Assembly (NCBI GenBank): GCA_001785355.1
Contig: MFTQ01000004.1
Span: forward strand, 3,612 to 67,611
Direction of reading: 5' to 3'
DNA length: 64,000 nucleotides
Source of the DNA: Candidatus Nomurabacteria bacterium RIFCSPHIGHO2_01_FULL_41_71
GTDB taxonomy: Bacteria > Patescibacteriota > Minisyncoccia > Phycocordibacterales > UBA9973
This document shows positions 59,312-64,000 of the stretch, one piece after another. Each line of letters starts with the position of its first letter. Position 1 is the first letter of the stretch. The notes under the pieces are model-generated. The model was not told the DNA's origin and did not search any database. It saw only the letters and a program-made list of their open reading frames with translations. The translations under genes and the position numbers were made by a program.

Positions 59312-60274
59312 ATGGATATTGAAATAATCAAAAAACACATAGATGATGTATTAGTGGAAACAAATTTTACGAATTTGGGTAAAAAGAAAATCGGTAAAGT
59401 GCGGGACATCTATGTGGCCAAAAACACAGTAACTTTAATTTCCACCGACCGGCATTCTTCTTTTGACAGGATTATCGCGCATGTGCCTTTTAAAGGAGAA
59501 GTGCTTAATCAAATCAGTTTGTTCTGGTTTGATAAAACGAAAGATATTATAGAAAACCACGTCTTCGGCACTCCCGACCCTAATGTGGTTGTAGCCAAAA
59601 AATGCACTCCGCTTCCTATTGAATGTGTTGTTCGCGGATACATTACGGGAGTCACATCTACTTCGCTTTGGACCCATTATAAAGAAGGTAAACGCAATTT
59701 TGGCAATTTTGTTTTGCCCGAAGGAATTAAGAAAAATCAAAAATTGCCAGAGCCGGTTTTCACTCCTACCACCAAGTCAGAAGATCACGACCGACCCATC
59801 ACTCCGGACGAAATAGTATCCGAAGGATTGCTCTCTCTGGAATTAACACAAGAAATCGAACGCGTTGCCAAGACCTTGTTCAAAAGAGGTCAAGAGATAG
59901 CGTTAGAGCAGGGATGGTTGTTGGTAGACACAAAATACGAATTCGGCCTAGACCAGGAAGGAAAATTGATCCTGATAGATGAAATTCATACACCGGACTC
60001 ATCGCGTTATTGGAAAGCTGAGAGCTATGATGAACGTTTCAACGACGAACAGGAGCCGGAATATTTCGACAAGGAGTTTCTGCGCCTGTGGTTCAAAGAC
60101 AACTGCGATCCATATAAAGACAAAACACTCCCCAAGGCTCCGACCCATCTCATCGCGGAGCTTTCTCGCCGTTACATTGAAATATACGAAACCATAACCG
60201 GTAAACCTTTCAATCATGACCTTTCACAACCAACCAAAGAACGCGTCGCGAAAAATTTAAAAAATAAATTATAA
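59312..60274 (+). CDS. purC: SAICAR synthetase
   Basis: GKVRDIY, TDRHSSFD, ECVVRGY, TPTTK, DTKYEFG, DEIHTPDSSRYW. Confidence 0.97.
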   Translation: MDIEIIKKHIDDVLVETNFTNLGKKKIGKVRDIYVAKNTVTLISTDRHSSFDRIIAHVPFKGEVLNQISLFWFDKTKDIIENHVFGTPDPNVVVAKKCTPLPIECVVRGYITGVTSTSLWTHYKEGKRNFGNFVLPEGIKKNQKLPEPVFTPTTKSEDHDRPITPDEIVSEGLLSLELTQEIERVAKTLFKRGQEIALEQGWLLVDTKYEFGLDQEGKLILIDEIHTPDSSRYWKAESYDERFNDEQEPEYFDKEFLRLWFKDNCDPYKDKTLPKAPTHLIAELSRRYIEIYETITGKPFNHDLSQPTKERVAKNLKNKL

Positions 60275-60308
60275 TCCTTGCAAATTATTATTATTTATGG
60301 TATAATAT

Positions 60309-61688
60309 ATGAGTATGGTAAACAACTCCATTAGTCCACTCGATGGCAGATATTTTAAAAAAACGCGAGCGCTCACGCCCTACTTTTCCGAGCAAGCTCT
60401 GATGAAATACCGAGTGGTAATGGAAGGGGAATATCTGATTTTTCTTTCTTTATCGGGAAAAACAAAATTAAAAAAATTCAAAAACACCGAAATTAAAAAA
60501 ATTAGAAGTTTCTATAAATTGTCTCCAAAGGATTATGAGCGCATAAAAAAATTAGAGGAGACAATCAACCATGATGTAAAAGCGGTAGAATATTTTTTGA
60601 AAGAAAAATATTCAAAAACATCTTTAAAAAATAGGGTGGGGTGGATTCATTTTGCTCTTACTTCAGAGGACACCAATAATATCGCTTACGCGTTGATGCT
60701 TCGAGATGCCCTAGAGCATGTAATGATTCCCGGCGTCAAAGAGATAATCGGAAGTTTAAATCAATTAGCTAAAAAATATAAAAATTTACCGATGCTCGCC
60801 AGAACGCACGGCCAATCTGCCAGCCCCACCACTTTCGGCAAAGAAATGTTCGTTTTCAGCACCCGCTTAGAAAAAAGACTGGAAGGACTTAAAAATATAA
60901 AGATAGGCACAAAATTAAATGGAGCTACAGGAAATTACAACGCCCATGTCGCGGCATATAAAAATACAGACTGGGTAAAGTTCAGTAAAAAATTTATCAA
61001 CAGTTTCAACAAACAAAAACCCGGAGTCTTGAAACTGGAACCTAATCTAACCACTACTCAAATAGAATGCCATGATAGTTATATTGCCATCTTTGATACC
61101 TTGAGGCGGATAAATACTATTCTTCTTGATTTCAATCAAGATATGTGGAGATATATTTCTGATGGTTGGGTAGAGCAGATGCCAAAGAAGAGGGAAGTGG
61201 GTTCTTCTACTATGCCCCACAAGATAAATCCAATTGATTTTGAAAACAGTGAAGGAAATTTGGGGCTGGCCAACGCACTTTTTGAATTTTTTGCCCGCAA
61301 ACTGCCAATCTCCAGACTGCAAAGAGACCTTTCAGACTCTACGGTGGAACGTTCTTTCGGCACAGCTTTCGGATATACCTATTTGGCCCATACTTCTCTC
61401 TTAAAAGGATTGAGCAAAATCAGAATTGACAAAGAGAAGATAGGGGAAGATTTGCAGAATCATCCGGAAGTAATCACCGAAGCCATTCAGACCATCCTGC
61501 GTCGTGAAGGAATGATGATGCCCTATGAGAAATTAAAAGAGCTCTCCCGCGGAAAAAAAGTCACTCTGGCCGAGATTCATGAATTTATAGATACTCTCAA
61601 AGTGAGCGGAAAAATAAAAGAAGAACTAAAAAAAATCACTCCGGAAAATTACATTGGTCTGGCCTCAAAATTGGCAGGGTTAAAATAG
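60309..61688 (+). CDS. purB: Adenylosuccinate lyase
   Basis: ISPLDGRY, NHDVKAVEY, ARTHGQ, GSSTMPHKINPIDFENSEGN, SRLQRDL; start may be ATG 60315. Confidence 0.98.
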   Translation: MSMVNNSISPLDGRYFKKTRALTPYFSEQALMKYRVVMEGEYLIFLSLSGKTKLKKFKNTEIKKIRSFYKLSPKDYERIKKLEETINHDVKAVEYFLKEKYSKTSLKNRVGWIHFALTSEDTNNIAYALMLRDALEHVMIPGVKEIIGSLNQLAKKYKNLPMLARTHGQSASPTTFGKEMFVFSTRLEKRLEGLKNIKIGTKLNGATGNYNAHVAAYKNTDWVKFSKKFINSFNKQKPGVLKLEPNLTTTQIECHDSYIAIFDTLRRINTILLDFNQDMWRYISDGWVEQMPKKREVGSSTMPHKINPIDFENSEGNLGLANALFEFFARKLPISRLQRDLSDSTVERSFGTAFGYTYLAHTSLLKGLSKIRIDKEKIGEDLQNHPEVITEAIQTILRREGMMMPYEKLKELSRGKKVTLAEIHEFIDTLKVSGKIKEELKKITPENYIGLASKLAGLK

Positions 61689-61720
61689 CGACTTGTTTAC
61701 CTGTATGCTAAGATGGGCAT

Positions 61721-61984
61721 ATGAAAATGCGGATTCTGGCTTCCGTGGCGCTTCTCATATCTGTATTCATTATGCCTTTTTGGGTATCTTTAATATTAGC
61801 TTTTTTGGAAATGTTTTATTTCCATTTTTTTGCTGAAGCGGTAATCATTTCTTTAATATCAGATCTTCTCTACAGCGCGCCGGTTCAAGTATTCTCGGGA
61901 GTGACCGGTGTGTTTTTTATCGTTTCCTTGGTTGTTTTTATCATTTTGGAATTATTGAAAAAGAAAATAAGATTAGAATATTGA
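61721..61984 (+). CDS. Small multi-TM protein (possibly MreD-like by position)
   Basis: Hydrophobic, SDLLY motif, directly upstream of PBP2. Confidence 0.6.
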   Translation: MKMRILASVALLISVFIMPFWVSLILAFLEMFYFHFFAEAVIISLISDLLYSAPVQVFSGVTGVFFIVSLVVFIILELLKKKIRLEY

Positions 61985-61988
61985 TATC

Positions 61989-63698
61989 ATGATTTTGCGT
62001 AGATTCAAAAAAAATCGAATAAAAAATACCCTGGTAGATCCGGATGAGATATTTCTGGATTCTACCAATCTTCAAAATTTCGATCGTCAACAATTTGAAG
62101 GTCGAATAGAAAAACCAATTTCCAAAAAAACCGCCGCGGGATTGGGAATCTTTTTTTTAATTTTTATTTTGACTTTTCTGGGCAGATTGGGATATCTGCA
62201 AATCAAAAAAGGAGAAGCCTATTATAAAAGAAGTGAAAACAACACCCTAGAGAGAGCCATTATTTTCGCCGAAAGGGGAATAATTTACGACAGAAATAAG
62301 AAGGAACTTGCATGGAATCAAAAAATGGGGCATGAAGGGGGAGGAGGCAGTAAATTCGGCATACGCGCATATTTAAAAGATGGTTTCGCGCATCTTTTGG
62401 GTTATGTAAGCTATCCGGCGCAAGATAAATCCGGGAATTATTGGCAGGGAGAATTTAAAGGAATTGATGGACTGGAAAAACAATATGACACCATTCTTCA
62501 AGGTAAAAATGGTTCAAAAATAGTTGAAAGAGACGCTTATGGAAAAATTCATTCGGAAAATATAGTAAATGCTCCAAAAAGGGGACAAGATTTGATAACC
62601 GCCATAGATGCTTCAATACAGGCAAAATTATTTTCTCTAATTAAAGAAGCTTCCCAAAAAAGTACTTTCGTCGGCGGAGCAGGAATACTTCTTGATGCCA
62701 AAAACGGCGAAGTATTGGCCGTCACAAGTTATCCGGAATACGATCCAGAAATATTGTCTTTGGGGAAAGACACAAAGATAATAAACGGCTATCTTGCCGA
62801 TAAACGCGGAGTTTTTATAGATAGAACTATTTCCGGGTTGTATGCTCCAGGTTCGATAGTTAAACCTATTTTCGCGCTTGGCGCCCTTGTCGAAAATATT
62901 ATCAATCCTAAAAAAGAAATTCTGTCGATTGGTGAAATTTCTATACCTAATCCCTATATCAAAGGAGAATTTTCTGTTTTTAAAGATTGGAAAGCTCACG
63001 GTTGGACAAATATGCAAGAAGCTCTGGCGGTATCATCGGATGTATATTTTTATACAATCGGAGGCGGTTTTGAAAGTCAAAAAGGTCTGGGTATATCCAA
63101 TCTGGAAAAATATGCTCGGCTCTTCGGTGTCGGAGAAAAAACAGGAATAGACCTGCCAGATGAAAAAAGCGGCACTATCCCGAGTCCTGAATGGAAAGAA
63201 AAAAATTTCAAAGGAGATCCATGGCGCATCGGAGACACTTACAATACCTCTATCGGGCAGTATGGCTTCCAGGTGACTCCCATGGAAATGTCTCGGGTGG
63301 CGGCAGCTATTGCAAACGGTGGCACATTGATATCTCCCCATATTATGAACTTGGAGGCCTTGCCTCCAAGTGGAGACCTTGTCTCAAAATTAGATTTTAA
63401 CAAAGAATATTTAGATATAGTGCACGAGGGCATGAGAGGAGCGGTAACATACGGCACGGCGGTAGCGCTCAATGTGCCATATGTAAAAGTAGCGGCCAAA
63501 ACCGGAACCGCGGAACTTGGACTCGCAAAAAATAAAATTAATTCCTGGGTAATCGGATTTTTCCCATATGAAAATCCGCGATATGTATTTACAATTTTAA
63601 TGGAATCCGGACGAGCATCCGGTCTCATTAGCGCTTCTTCAATAATGCGAGACCTTTTGGACTGGATGTATATAAACACGCCGGAATACCTAAAGTAA
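61989..63698 (+). CDS. mrdA: Class B penicillin-binding protein (PBP2/MrdA)
   Basis: RGIIYDRN, G..GLE, PGSIVK (SxxK), SSD, IGQ, KTGTAE. Confidence 0.92.
   Translation: MILRRFKKNRIKNTLVDPDEIFLDSTNLQNFDRQQFEGRIEKPISKKTAAGLGIFFLIFILTFLGRLGYLQIKKGEAYYKRSENNTLERAIIFAERGIIYDRNKKELAWNQKMGHEGGGGSKFGIRAYLKDGFAHLLGYVSYPAQDKSGNYWQGEFKGIDGLEKQYDTILQGKNGSKIVERDAYGKIHSENIVNAPKRGQDLITAIDASIQAKLFSLIKEASQKSTFVGGAGILLDAKNGEVLAVTSYPEYDPEILSLGKDTKIINGYLADKRGVFIDRTISGLYAPGSIVKPIFALGALVENIINPKKEILSIGEISIPNPYIKGEFSVFKDWKAHGWTNMQEALAVSSDVYFYTIGGGFESQKGLGISNLEKYARLFGVGEKTGIDLPDEKSGTIPSPEWKEKNFKGDPWRIGDTYNTSIGQYGFQVTPMEMSRVAAAIANGGTLISPHIMNLEALPPSGDLVSKLDFNKEYLDIVHEGMRGAVTYGTAVALNVPYVKVAAKTGTAELGLAKNKINSWVIGFFPYENPRYVFTILMESGRASGLISASSIMRDLLDWMYINTPEYLK
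63349..63391. repeat. Palindrome family A copy 3 (partly degenerate), in frame in PBP2 (LEALPPSGDLVSK)
   Basis: ACTTGGAGGC-CTT-GCCTCCAAGT followed by GAGAC-CTT-GTCTC. Confidence 0.9.
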
Positions 63699-63738
63699 AA
63701 TATTTGCGCTATAAATACAAGTAAGATATAATGAAATT

Positions 63739-63972
63739 ATGTCTAAGGGGAAAATACTTCTAATGGCGGGTATTTGGATAAGCGTACTTCCGTACCTTGG
63801 GTTTCCTTATGGACTGAAAAATATCCTTTTTACTCTCTCTGGATTTGGAATTATTTATATAGGTTATATGCTTTATAAAGAAAACAAAAAAGGATTGAAA
63901 AAAGAGGGGACTTTATTTGAGAACTTTTCGGAAAACACAGATTTTACCGGAGAAGATATTGGAAATAATTAG
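63739..63972 (+). CDS. Small membrane protein
   Basis: Two TM, LPYLGFP; TTGCGC-17-TATAAT 6 nt before ATG. Confidence 0.75.
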   Translation: MSKGKILLMAGIWISVLPYLGFPYGLKNILFTLSGFGIIYIGYMLYKENKKGLKKEGTLFENFSENTDFTGEDIGNN

Positions 63973-64000
63973 AAACATTAAAGATTTTAAAAAGTAAAAT

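Overview
AT-rich bacterial chromosome segment in standard code 11. The compact gene set, short proteins and near-absence of Shine-Dalgarno sites suggest a Patescibacteria/CPR (Parcubacteria-like) genome (inference). It contains atpAGDC, cell-envelope and division genes, replication/translation housekeeping genes, three tRNAs (Trp, Leu, Gln) and an ABC-export module. There is also a ~13 kb accessory block after tRNA-Trp (giant frameshifted ORF, recombination-site-like repeats, CsoR/CopA metal cluster) and a near-complete de novo purine cluster. The most striking signal is several families of short (20-45 bp) palindromes, often palindromes of palindromes, sitting in frame inside conserved genes (rseP, purD x2, pbp2, dusB, holB-like, miaA, purL x3, rsmI, topA, purQ) or supplying stop codons. 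This resembles Rickettsia palindromic elements/REPINs, but no mobiliser is encoded in the window. The second signal is a 116-bp repeat pair evolving like a protein C-terminus and ending at an AAAGC-CC-GC core, with a third inverted core that could define an invertible promoter. Product calls rest on motif recognition only; no database searches were run.
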